Part shown: positions 37,123 through 45,566 of the stretch, piece by piece
How positions within the stretch are numbered: the first letter of the stretch is position 1
Layout: each line of letters begins with the position of its first letter
Assembly (NCBI GenBank): GCA_963793305.1
Contig: CAWBZV010000005.1
Location: forward strand, 992,001-1,056,000
Length of the DNA: 64,000 nucleotides
DNA from: an uncultured Gemmatimonadales bacterium
Lineage (GTDB): Bacteria; Gemmatimonadota; Gemmatimonadetes; Gemmatimonadales; Gemmatimonadaceae
Direction: 5' to 3'
Position numbers and translations under genes: made by a program
The notes under the pieces: model-generated
Told to the model about the DNA's origin: nothing
Seen by the model: the letters and a program-made list of their open reading frames with translations, nothing else
Databases searched by the model: none

Positions 37123-37967
37123 TGGTCGGCTCCTGGCGTCTCTGAGAGCACCTCGCCCATCTCGGTGCGTAACTCTTCGAGCCACAGCCACATGCGTTCC
37201 TTCAGTGGCTCCCAGTCCGAAATGGCGTCGTTCCGCAACTCGTCAGGGAGATACGCCGCGACTTGGGCCTCGAAGCTTGAGCGATCAAACATGGCGACCG
37301 TCTCCGCCGATGCGAGGACTTGCGCCGTGGTCATCCGTGTCTTGATCAGCGCTCGTGCTTCCTCGGTCATCACTGGTCCGCACTCGCGAACGAGATGATC
37401 CATGTCGAACACATTGCGGGTCTGCGGAGGATCGCGGCGTGACAGCGCGAGTACCTTGTGCCAGATCGCGACAGGGCCCGGATACGCCGCAATCCTGGCG
37501 CCAGCGGGTACATGGTAGCGTTTGCAGAGATGCTCAGGAATAGGAACGCGGCTCGCTTCACTCGCCCGTGTTTCCTCGCGATGCGATGCCTCGATCTGCG
37601 TGGCATATTGGATCCCGCCGTATATCAGATTCAGCTTCTGCTTAAATCCGCGCGAGTTGTTGCCGCCGCCGTCGATCACGCTAACAGCGAGATCCGTGAT
37701 GCCGACTTTCAGGAGCGCGCGCCGAAACCCAGGATCTTCGATCAGCAAGTTGCGCAGATGTTCGATGAACTTCGTCGCGCGCTTGGGCATGAGATCGAAA
37801 TCAATGTCCTCCGAGTATCGCGGACTCCGATGGAACAGTCGCAGATTCACGCCGCCCTTGAGGCGCAACGGCGGTTCCCCAATGGTCGGGTCGCGATACT
37901 CCTTGGGCAAATGCATGAGCAAGATGCAGTGGAATGCCTCGCGAACCTCGAGTTCAGTCAGGAGCAT
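37104..37967 (-). CDS. Type IV TA toxin, AbiEii/AbiGii nucleotidyltransferase family
   Basis: LKGGVNLRLF…RYSEDIDF; HKVLALSRR…RNVFD. Confidence 0.88.
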   Translation of the reverse strand: MLLTELEVREAFHCILLMHLPKEYRDPTIGEPPLRLKGGVNLRLFHRSPRYSEDIDFDLMPKRATKFIEHLRNLLIEDPGFRRALLKVGITDLAVSVIDGGGNNSRGFKQKLNLIYGGIQYATQIEASHREETRASEASRVPIPEHLCKRYHVPAGARIAAYPGPVAIWHKVLALSRRDPPQTRNVFDMDHLVRECGPVMTEEARALIKTRMTTAQVLASAETVAMFDRSSFEAQVAAYLPDELRNDAISDWEPLKERMWLWLEELRTEMGEVLSETPGADQCHGPS

Positions 37968-37972
37968 TGGCT

Positions 37973-38016
37973 AGTATATAACAGTTGTTACCCCGGAAGG
38001 GTATCTACGTATATAC
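37973..38016 (-). promoter_or_regulatory. AbiE promoter (-10 TATACT, leaderless spacing) inside an imperfect palindrome
   Basis: TATACT on minus strand 5 nt before ATG; GTATATA…TACCC-CGGAA-GGGTA…TATATAC. Confidence 0.55.
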
Positions 38017-38038
38017 ACTATGTCATGCTCGGCCGCCG

Positions 38039-38773
38039 CTAATGGCGCGCGGTCTGAGCGGGCGCCGTGGGCTGAGGGAGCGGCGGCCCGACGGTGACAA
38101 AGTCCACCTGCGGTAGCTGGGTCTCGCCAAGGGTCACATTCGTGCCCGACCCCACTGCGTCCCCGTCGAGATACGCGACCACACGCTTGGTCTGACCGTC
38201 TTGCCGGTACCATAGATACCGCGTGTACGCTTTGACCAGCGTGTTCCAATCGAGCGAGATCTTCTTGATGAAGTCGAGCGCGTTGCCCACCCGGCAGGTG
38301 AGAAACGTGACTTTGTAGATCTTGTTCGCCTTCATCGCCGTGCCGATGCTGGTGTAGACCGCCCAGTGCGCGAGCCGCCGCTGCGCGCCCGCCGGGTTCA
38401 CGATCTGATCCGTCTGCTTCATGGACTTCCCCGTGGGGTCCCCCGGGAACACGAAGTCGTAGAACGGGTCGACGTAAATCGGCGGATTCCACCCGCGGGC
38501 AAGCTCGAATGTATGGCCCGGTGCGAGCTCGATCGTGCCCTCGCTCAAGCTCAAGGCGCCCCCGTGTCCGACCGCAAAGATCACCTCCCGATCGTTCGTC
38601 ACGTTCGCGAGCCCCTGCACGATCGCGTTTCGCACCTGCTCAGCGCCAAGCGTGTTGCTGATCGGCGCGGATTTGCGATTCTGCGGATCAGCCTTCACGT
38701 ACTGGGCCGCCCATAGGGCATTGAACGCCGGTCCGACACGTGAGGGGGAGGGGTCGTAGAAGACGAGAGGCAT
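38039..38773 (-). CDS. Hypothetical protein with caspase/CPD-like (clan CD) His-Cys motifs
   Basis: 244-aa ORF; VIFAVGHGG and VTFLTCRVG, followed by helix and VKAY strand. Confidence 0.65.
   Translation of the reverse strand: MPLVFYDPSPSRVGPAFNALWAAQYVKADPQNRKSAPISNTLGAEQVRNAIVQGLANVTNDREVIFAVGHGGALSLSEGTIELAPGHTFELARGWNPPIYVDPFYDFVFPGDPTGKSMKQTDQIVNPAGAQRRLAHWAVYTSIGTAMKANKIYKVTFLTCRVGNALDFIKKISLDWNTLVKAYTRYLWYRQDGQTKRVVAYLDGDAVGSGTNVTLGETQLPQVDFVTVGPPLPQPTAPAQTARH
38041..38127. repeat. 87-bp direct repeat, copy 2 (current 3' end of the 38039-38773 gene)
   Basis: 77/87 identical to 36254-36340; last 26 bp identical. Confidence 0.95.
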
Positions 38774-38806
38774 GGTAGAGAATACTACGGCCGGGCCTCA
38801 CCGCGT

Positions 38807-38951
38807 TATACTGGAAGAGGCGTGCAGGGCGCCACCCGTCCGCGGGCAGGACCGAGTCCACCTGGTAGTAAAAACTCGACATACGGTTCTTCACGAACCT
38901 CCTTTCGCCCGACGACCAGCGGACCCCGGGCAGCCCTCGAGGAGGTCCGTC
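38807..38951 (+). promoter_or_regulatory. -10 box plus structured 5' leader (candidate cis-regulatory RNA) of the ankyrin gene
   Basis: TATACT 38807-12; several hairpins; ACCTCCT (38897-903) is the perfect complement of SD AGGAGGT (38940-46). Confidence 0.55.
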
Positions 38952-40051
38952 ATGCCCGACCGTCATTTCCCCGTCCGCCCCAGTCTTGAACAACTGAAGC
39001 ACCAGGCCAAGGACCTGCTCCGCGCGGAGCCATCCCTCGGCAAGCTCGCGCACGCCCAACACGCGTTGGCGCGAAGCTATGGCCTTCCGAGCTGGCCGCG
39101 ACTCGTGCTCGCCTGCCGCATGACCGACGCGATCTGGCGCGACGATGTCGAAGCCGTACGCGAGCTGGTGCTGCAGCATCCGAGAACGCCCGCGGCGTCG
39201 CCCAAAGCAACTGGGGCCCGCCCAGGTCCTACGCGGCGAACCTCGGCCGCGATCGGATTATCGCCATGCTCCGCGAGCTCGGCGCCGATGACCTGAACTT
39301 CGCCTTCGATCGCGCATGCCTGCAGGGCCGGATCGACACCGCCCGCCAACTCTACGCACTGGGCGCGTGCCCCGATGCCGAATCACTCGCCGGCCCCTGC
39401 GAGACCCAATGCGGCCCGGGCTTCGCATACCTGCTCGATCTCGGCTGCGATCTGCACCTCTCCCACATCGCGCTGCTCCTCCAGACCTACAGCCGCAACC
39501 CTCAGGGCAAGCACCAGTGCCTGGAGGCCGCCGCGACGCACGGCATCGCACTCCCCGACACACCGCCGATGGCGATCCACCGCGGCCGCATCGATCTCCT
39601 GGAACACCATCTCGATCGCATCAACGACACGTTCTCCCATGAGGACATCTATCCACCGTCGCTCGGCTGCGATGCCGATCACACGAAGGCGCTCCACGGG
39701 ACGCCACTGGCGGGCGGCGGATTACTGCACCTCGCCGTCGATAACGACGAGATCGAGATCGCCGAGTGGCTGCTCGCGCACGGCGCCAATGTCAACCTCC
39801 GCGCCGCGATCGATGCCGACGGTTTCGGCGGCCACACGCCACTGTTCGGCTGCGTCGTATCGCAACCGTATCGCGTCGGGCGCCGTTCCTCGATGGCACG
39901 CCTACTGTTAGATCACGGCGCCGACCCCAACGTGCGCGCCTCGCTTCGCAAACGCCTGCGCTTCGTGGAAGACGAGACGATGCGCGAGTATCGAAATGTG
40001 ACGCCGCTAGAGTGGGTGGACCGCGACGCGATGCGGCTCATCGCCTCGTGA
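38952..40051 (+). pseudogene. Ankyrin-repeat protein with N-terminal RPxLEQLKxQAK helical domain; -1 frameshift at ~39181
   Basis: MPDRHFPVRPSLEQLKHQAKDLLRA…ARSYGLPSWPRL; second frame continues ENARG…NWGPP.SYAANLG into 39266-40051 with ankyrin motifs (LLHLAV…WLLAHGANVN, GHTPLF…LLDHGADPN). Confidence 0.72.
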
Positions 40052-40364
40052 AGAACACCATCATGCCCAGGGCAAAGAGCATCGCCGCGGCGGCGAGCGC
40101 TATCGCGACGACCACGCGCGGTCGCTGGTTCGTCTGGAACGCGCGGAGCGCGCGCTCGTCCAGGTATCGAGATGCCGGATCAGCGCCGGCCTTGATCACG
40201 CCGGCGCGCTCCAGCCGCGCAAGCAGCGGTGATGCCTCGATCCCGATCTGTCGGAGGGGCAGGGCACGCTCGGCTGCCGTCGCGTCCGCCTTGCGGAACG
40301 CGAACAACAGACCATCGAACGCGCGCGCGGCCGAGGCCGCGGCGAAAGCTGCTACGCCTGCCAT
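40038..40364 (-). CDS. Hypothetical protein with C-terminal transmembrane helix
   Basis: 108-aa ORF; hydrophobic VVVAIALAAAAMLFALGMMVFF; fills the gap between neighbours. Confidence 0.65.
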   Translation of the reverse strand: MAGVAAFAAASAARAFDGLLFAFRKADATAAERALPLRQIGIEASPLLARLERAGVIKAGADPASRYLDERALRAFQTNQRPRVVVAIALAAAAMLFALGMMVFFTRR

Positions 40365-40382
40365 ATCACGTATTTTGACACT

Positions 40383-40811
40383 ATGCCCCTCGTCCGTCCA
40401 GCCACCGAGGCCGACGCCACCTCAATGTCGGTGTTGTTCGCCCAGTTCGAGCACCCCACGCCCGCCGAGCCGATCCCCGCCCGGCTGGCCCGCCTGCTCT
40501 CACACGACGGCCAAGCGCTGGTCGCCGCCAATGACACCGGCCTCCTCGGCATAGCGACCACGCAAATCGTCTGGTCGCTGGTCGAAGACGCGCCTCGCGC
40601 GCTGCTGACGGCACTCGTCGTCCGCGGAGACACCCGCGGCCGTGGCGTCGGCCGCGCGCTCGTGACCGCGGTCGAGCATTGGGCGCGCGAACGCGGCGCC
40701 GAACGTGTGGTCGTAACGACCGCTTTGCGTCGCGCCGGCGCTCACGCCTTCTACGAACGCCTCGGCTTCGAATTCACAGGCCGCCGCTACGGGAAGTCAA
40801 TCGGATCATAG
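40383..40811 (+). CDS. GNAT-family N-acetyltransferase
   Basis: LVVRGDTRGRGVGRALV, AHAFYERLGF. Confidence 0.9.
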   Translation: MPLVRPATEADATSMSVLFAQFEHPTPAEPIPARLARLLSHDGQALVAANDTGLLGIATTQIVWSLVEDAPRALLTALVVRGDTRGRGVGRALVTAVEHWARERGAERVVVTTALRRAGAHAFYERLGFEFTGRRYGKSIGS

Positions 40812-41107
40812 CGGCTGCGGCCCGTGAATTCGCTGTCGGTTGGACATCGCTTGGCTGCGCCAAGCTGAGGGGGCCGCCGATACGTGAAATCGATAATTCG
40901 ATAGCGAAAATCCGCGCTGTCGCATTTCGTGCCGTTGACGTCGCATGTAACAGTCGCACCGCTCGTTTTGCGCCACCTAACGCATGTGTGCCGGTCAAGT
41001 TTTCCGCGCTCGCAAGTGCGCGTGACGGTGCGCCGAACGAGCCGTCATGAGTGTGCCGATCGCACGCGACGCGCGCGCCCCCCGCCACACAATCGCCCGA
41101 GAGCTCC

Positions 41108-43727
41108 ATGATTGGGATGCCGAACCTCAAGAAGCGCGGCCTGGAAAACGGGTCGAATGGTCACGCGGCCCCCGCCGCACCATCCTACGACGTCGCGGCG
41201 CTGGAAGCGCTCGTGCAACGCGCCGAGGGCGCGGCGGCGGCGCTCCGCGCGCTCGATGAGCGAGCAGCGGCCGTGGCGGCGCTCGAGGACCGCGTGACGC
41301 GACTCGCGGCACAGCTCGCGGGCGCGGACGCCGTCGGCAATCAGCTCTCGACGATGCAAGAACAAGCCACCCGACTCAGCGCGGCCCAGGAACGCTCGCA
41401 GTCACAGCTCGCCTCGGCCAATGCCGACGTCGAGCGCGTGCGCGGCGCCTGCGGGACGTTGATCTCCAAGGTCGACGCCGCGCTCGAGCTCCGCGATCAA
41501 CTCGACCGTCTCCTCGCGCTCCAACCGCGACTCGACGCGCTGCGCGGCGAGGCGGACAACATGACAGGCGAGATGCGCGACCTGACGGACAACGTCGGGC
41601 GCCTGCGCGCGCTGCACGAGGATGTGCTGCGCGCCCATAAGCACGCCACCTCGCGCTTGGACGGCGTGGACCAGCGCTATCAGGCGACCGGCAGCAAAAT
41701 GGACCAGATCGAGCGCCGCGCGTCGGCCGCCGAACAGGCCCTGGAGTCGCTGCTCCGCATCGCCAGCGGGATTCCGAACGTGCAACACCAGCTCGGGGTC
41801 CTCAAAGCGATCGCCGAGCAAGTGGCCCAGAAGACCGCCGTGCTCGAGCAACAGCGCGACGTCGTCGATCGCGCCGCGAACCAGGTGTCGCACGTGGTCT
41901 CGCTCACCGGCCAGCTCGACGCCTCGTTGCGGAAGCAGGATGAGCAGACGCGCAGCCTGACCGCGCTCGACACGAAGCTCACCGAGATACAGGCGACGCA
42001 CGCCGCGGTGATCGCGCGCGCCGAGGAGATCGCCGCCAACCAACGCCAGCTCGACGAAACCGAGCGCGAGGCGACGCGCACACTGTCCGATCTCAAGGTC
42101 GAGATGCGGACCAGCGCCGAGCGGTTCGAGCTCGAGAATCGCACGCTCGACATGGTCAGCGAGCGCATCGCCGAGCTGCGCGGCGGCGTCAAGGAGTGCG
42201 AGACACGCGTCTCATCGCTCGAATGCCGCCACCCGCGCGGTCGCGGACACCGAGGCCCGCGCCCGGCAGCTCGCCACGCAGATCGGCTCGCTCGGCGAAG
42301 ACATCAATAAGATCGCGTTGACCGCCGAACGACTCCGGACGGTGCCCCAGGACGTGGCGCAAGTCGAACGGTCGTTGGCCGATATGTCGACGCGCATGGA
42401 CCGCGTCGAGCAGGTCCGCCCGGTGGTCGAGGTGATCACGCGCGATATGGCGACCTTGAACGGCGCACACGAGTCGATCCGCGATGGGCTGGAGCAAGTG
42501 CGCGCTGCGTACAGCGAGATGACCAAGCTGCGCGAGCGGCAGACCGAGATCGATGGCTACCTCGCGGACGCCGACCAGCGGATGGTGACCCTCAAGGAGC
42601 ACGTCGCCGAGCTGGAGCGCATGCGGCCCGCGACCGAGGCGCTCGGCGCCCAGGTCGAGGCGTTGACGGCGGCGACGAGCTCGGTCGAGAGCCGTCGAGA
42701 AGTGGTCGACGCGTTGCACCAGAAAGTCAACGAGTTGGAGTCGTCCGTCGGGCAGCTCGATGAGCGCGGCGAAGGCGTGCGCCAACGGATGGACTCGGCC
42801 GAGGCGCGGTTTACCGACCTGTCGCGCCAAGCCTCCGAGGCCCAACGCGTCGCGGCGACCATCGCGTCCGTCTCGGCCTCCGTCGAAGCGGCCGAGCGGC
42901 GCATGCGGGCCGTGAACGGCACGATGGAAACGCTCGAGTCGCGCGCCCAGATGCTCGACGGGCTCGGCGAACGCATGCGGCTCCTCGGTCAAGAGCTCGA
43001 GCAGCGGCAAGGCGCGCTCGACAAAGCCGCCGAGCATCTCACGAAAGCGTCCGCGGCGCGCCGGGAAGCCGCCGATGCCGCGCAGCGCCTCGAAGATCTC
43101 ACGCGGGGTATCGCGAAGCAGCTCGACACCGCGAGCACGCAGGCCGCGTCGGCCGAGCAGATCGTGCAAGGGCTCGAAGGACGCATGGCGACCCTCGGCA
43201 ATGTCGAGAAGCGGATGGGTCGATTCGAGGAGCTCCTCGCCACGTGGGAGGCCGCGCAGACCGAGGCCGCCCAGGCGCTCGAGCAGATCACGAATCGCCA
43301 GGCGATGATCGACGCCGTGCAAGCACAGATCAAGCACGCGTCCGAGATCGCCGAGCGGACCGCCGAGCATGTCCAGTCGATCGCGTCGTCACGCCAGCAG
43401 ATCGAGGAAGCGCGAGCGACATTGGAGACCACGCGCGCCGAGTTGGTGACGGCCAATGGCACGATGCGGGACCTCGCGGACCGGCGGCGCCAGCTGGACG
43501 AGCTCGAAGCCCGTCTCGCCCGCGCCGACGCGCTGGGACAGTCCGTCCGCTCGACGGTCGAGGTCCTGGCCGGTCAACGGGCGTTCGTCGACCAGATCCT
43601 TGAGCGCACCGGTACCCTCAGCTTCCAGATGAAGCAGGCCGAGGCCCTGACCGAGGCGCTCAGGACCGAGTGCGCCCTGGCGACTCAGCTCAAGGCCGCG
43701 GTGGACGAGCTTCGCCGGGAAGTGTGA
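41108..43727 (+). CDS. Long coiled-coil protein (~870 aa); +1 frameshift at ~42222
   Basis: Two heptad-rich ORFs (41051-42310, 42318-43727) join on removing one A of CTCGAATGCC; no Walker motif or TM helix seen. Confidence 0.75.
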
Positions 43728-43793
43728 CCGGTAGTTTCGTCCGCCCCGGTCTCGTCGTCTGAATACAGAATAGCCAGTCCCAGAGGAGAGGCG

Positions 43794-44711
43794 ATGATGA
43801 GACTTGAGAGGCGAGCGGCCGCGCTCAGCCTGCTGGCCGTAGCCGCGTGTGGCGGTGTGACGGTGAAACAACATGCGATCGGAAACCGCATCGTCCCGGT
43901 GGATAGCACGCCGGCCGAAGCGGTGGCCCCTGCGCCGGCGCCTGCCGCGCCGTCGCCGACCATTCTGTCACGCCCGATCCTGGTCGGGAACGACCGCGGC
44001 GGTCGCCCGCAGGTCCGCAAGGGCGAGCACGACGCGGCGCCCTACATTGATCGCCCAGGTGGCCCCCGTGACGCGGGCCATATCATCGCGTCGAGCGAAG
44101 TCGTGGGCATTGATGTGATCGAAGCCCGGTCGCCCTACGTCATCGACGAAGTCTTGTACGTGAAGATGCCCAATGGCGTGACACCGACGACTGGTATGCA
44201 CCTGGCAATCGAATCCCTCGGTCCCGACTTCGAAGCCTACGGCCAGGTCCTGATCCCAACGGGCGAGGTCACGGTCGTCGCCCCGGGCGGACCAGGTGAG
44301 GCAACGTCAGTGCGCCTCGAACGCCAATTCGCGGAAGTCGAGCCAAACCAGCTCGTCGTACCGATCGAAGCGCCGAAATATCCGCCTGTTGGCCAGCGTG
44401 CGGTTGCCGTCACGGACGGCGTGAAGGCGAAAGTCATCTGGGTCTCGGGCGACCCGGTCGAGCCCACGCTCGGCTACTACGTCGTGCTCGATGCCTCCGA
44501 GCGCGCTGGTGTGCACGTCGGCGACCAGTTCACGCTGCTGCGCCCGCGCATGCGCGATGAGCTCACCGGTCTCTGGCTGCCCGAGCAGGACATTGCGACG
44601 ACGCAGGTCGTGCGCGTTGGTGCGCACAGTTCGACCGCCGTCGTGATCGCGCAAACGATGCCGGCCATCACGGCTGGAGCCGACGCGCGCCTCACCGCGA
44701 AAATGCCCTGA
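43794..44711 (+). CDS. Putative lipoprotein, beta-rich
   Basis: Lipobox LAVAAC, Pro/Ala linker, YVVLDAS…GVHVGDQF; SD GAGGAG. Confidence 0.7.
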   Translation: MMRLERRAAALSLLAVAACGGVTVKQHAIGNRIVPVDSTPAEAVAPAPAPAAPSPTILSRPILVGNDRGGRPQVRKGEHDAAPYIDRPGGPRDAGHIIASSEVVGIDVIEARSPYVIDEVLYVKMPNGVTPTTGMHLAIESLGPDFEAYGQVLIPTGEVTVVAPGGPGEATSVRLERQFAEVEPNQLVVPIEAPKYPPVGQRAVAVTDGVKAKVIWVSGDPVEPTLGYYVVLDASERAGVHVGDQFTLLRPRMRDELTGLWLPEQDIATTQVVRVGAHSSTAVVIAQTMPAITAGADARLTAKMP

Positions 44712-44753
44712 ATGCGGTAGTAGGGGGCGTCGGGCCTGGTTAGATTAGACCGG

Positions 44754-45566
44754 GTGATCGCGACCGCCCTCTACTGTGCCGTCCTGTGTTACGCGGGTGC
44801 CGCGGCCCTTGCCGCGACACCCGTCGCGCGTCCGATCGGGGCGCCCGTTCGCGCGGTCCTGACGGTCCTCGCCATCGGCGTCGTGCTGCACGCCGCGGCG
44901 ATCGTCGGCGCGACTCGTGCATTGGGTCAGCTGCCGCTCGCGGGCCTTGGCCCGGCGCTCTCGTTCGCGGCCCTCGCCCTCGCGACGGCGCTGCTCGTCG
45001 TCGAATACGCGACGCGCGAGGTCACGCTCACGCTCGTCGCCGCGCCACTCGCCGCGCTCGCGGCGGCCGCCGCGGCGATCCTCGGCGTCGGTGCCGGCGC
45101 CTCCGTGCTCCCGACCGGCGTGCGCGGCGCGTGGCTCGCGGCGCACATCGCGCTTTCCTTCGCGGGAATCGCCGCATTCGGCACGGCCGCGGCCGCCGGC
45201 TCGATGTACTTGGTCGAGCGCCACCAGCTCCGCTCGCGCCGGTTCACGTCGGTCTTCCGCCTGTTCCCGCCGCTCGAAACGCTCGACCGCGTCAATCACG
45301 TCGGCGCCATCGCCGCCTGGCTCGGCCTCACGGCTGGCGTGGCGCTGGCCGTCTCGTACTCGGCCACCTATGGCGCCGCTGACATTCCGCAGATCGTCTG
45401 GGGCGTCGGCGCCTGGATCGCCGCCACCGCGCTCGCGCTCGGCCGGCTCGTCGGCGGATGGCGCGCGCGCCGCGCGGCGGTAATCGCCAGCGTCGCATTC
45501 GCGCTTATTCTCGCGTCGTATGTCGCGGCGCGAGCGATGGCGGCGAGGCCCGGTCAGTTCCTGTGA
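44754..45566 (+). CDS. CcsA/HemX-family cytochrome c assembly membrane protein
   Basis: Multi-TM; WLAAHI, LFPPLETLDR, GWRARRAA; upstream of sirC-hemA. Confidence 0.82.
   Translation: MIATALYCAVLCYAGAAALAATPVARPIGAPVRAVLTVLAIGVVLHAAAIVGATRALGQLPLAGLGPALSFAALALATALLVVEYATREVTLTLVAAPLAALAAAAAAILGVGAGASVLPTGVRGAWLAAHIALSFAGIAAFGTAAAAGSMYLVERHQLRSRRFTSVFRLFPPLETLDRVNHVGAIAAWLGLTAGVALAVSYSATYGAADIPQIVWGVGAWIAATALALGRLVGGWRARRAAVIASVAFALILASYVAARAMAARPGQFL

Noticed and set aside
36254..38127. The 87-bp pair as the TR/VR of a diversity-generating retroelement
   Set aside because: Mismatches are not adenine-specific on either strand, and there is no reverse transcriptase in the window
38894..38906. 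Fragment of a 16S rRNA 3' end (ACCTCCTTTC)
   Set aside because: Only ~10 nt match with no flanking rRNA sequence; better explained as an anti-SD in the leader
33093..40811. Integron cassette array (VOC, GNAT, DinB and TA genes are typical cassettes)
   Set aside because: Genes are in mixed orientation; no repeated attC-like sites or intI found
41108..43727. SMC/SbcC/RecN or chemoreceptor
   Set aside because: No Walker A/B or signature motif, no TM helices and no MCP hairpin motif seen
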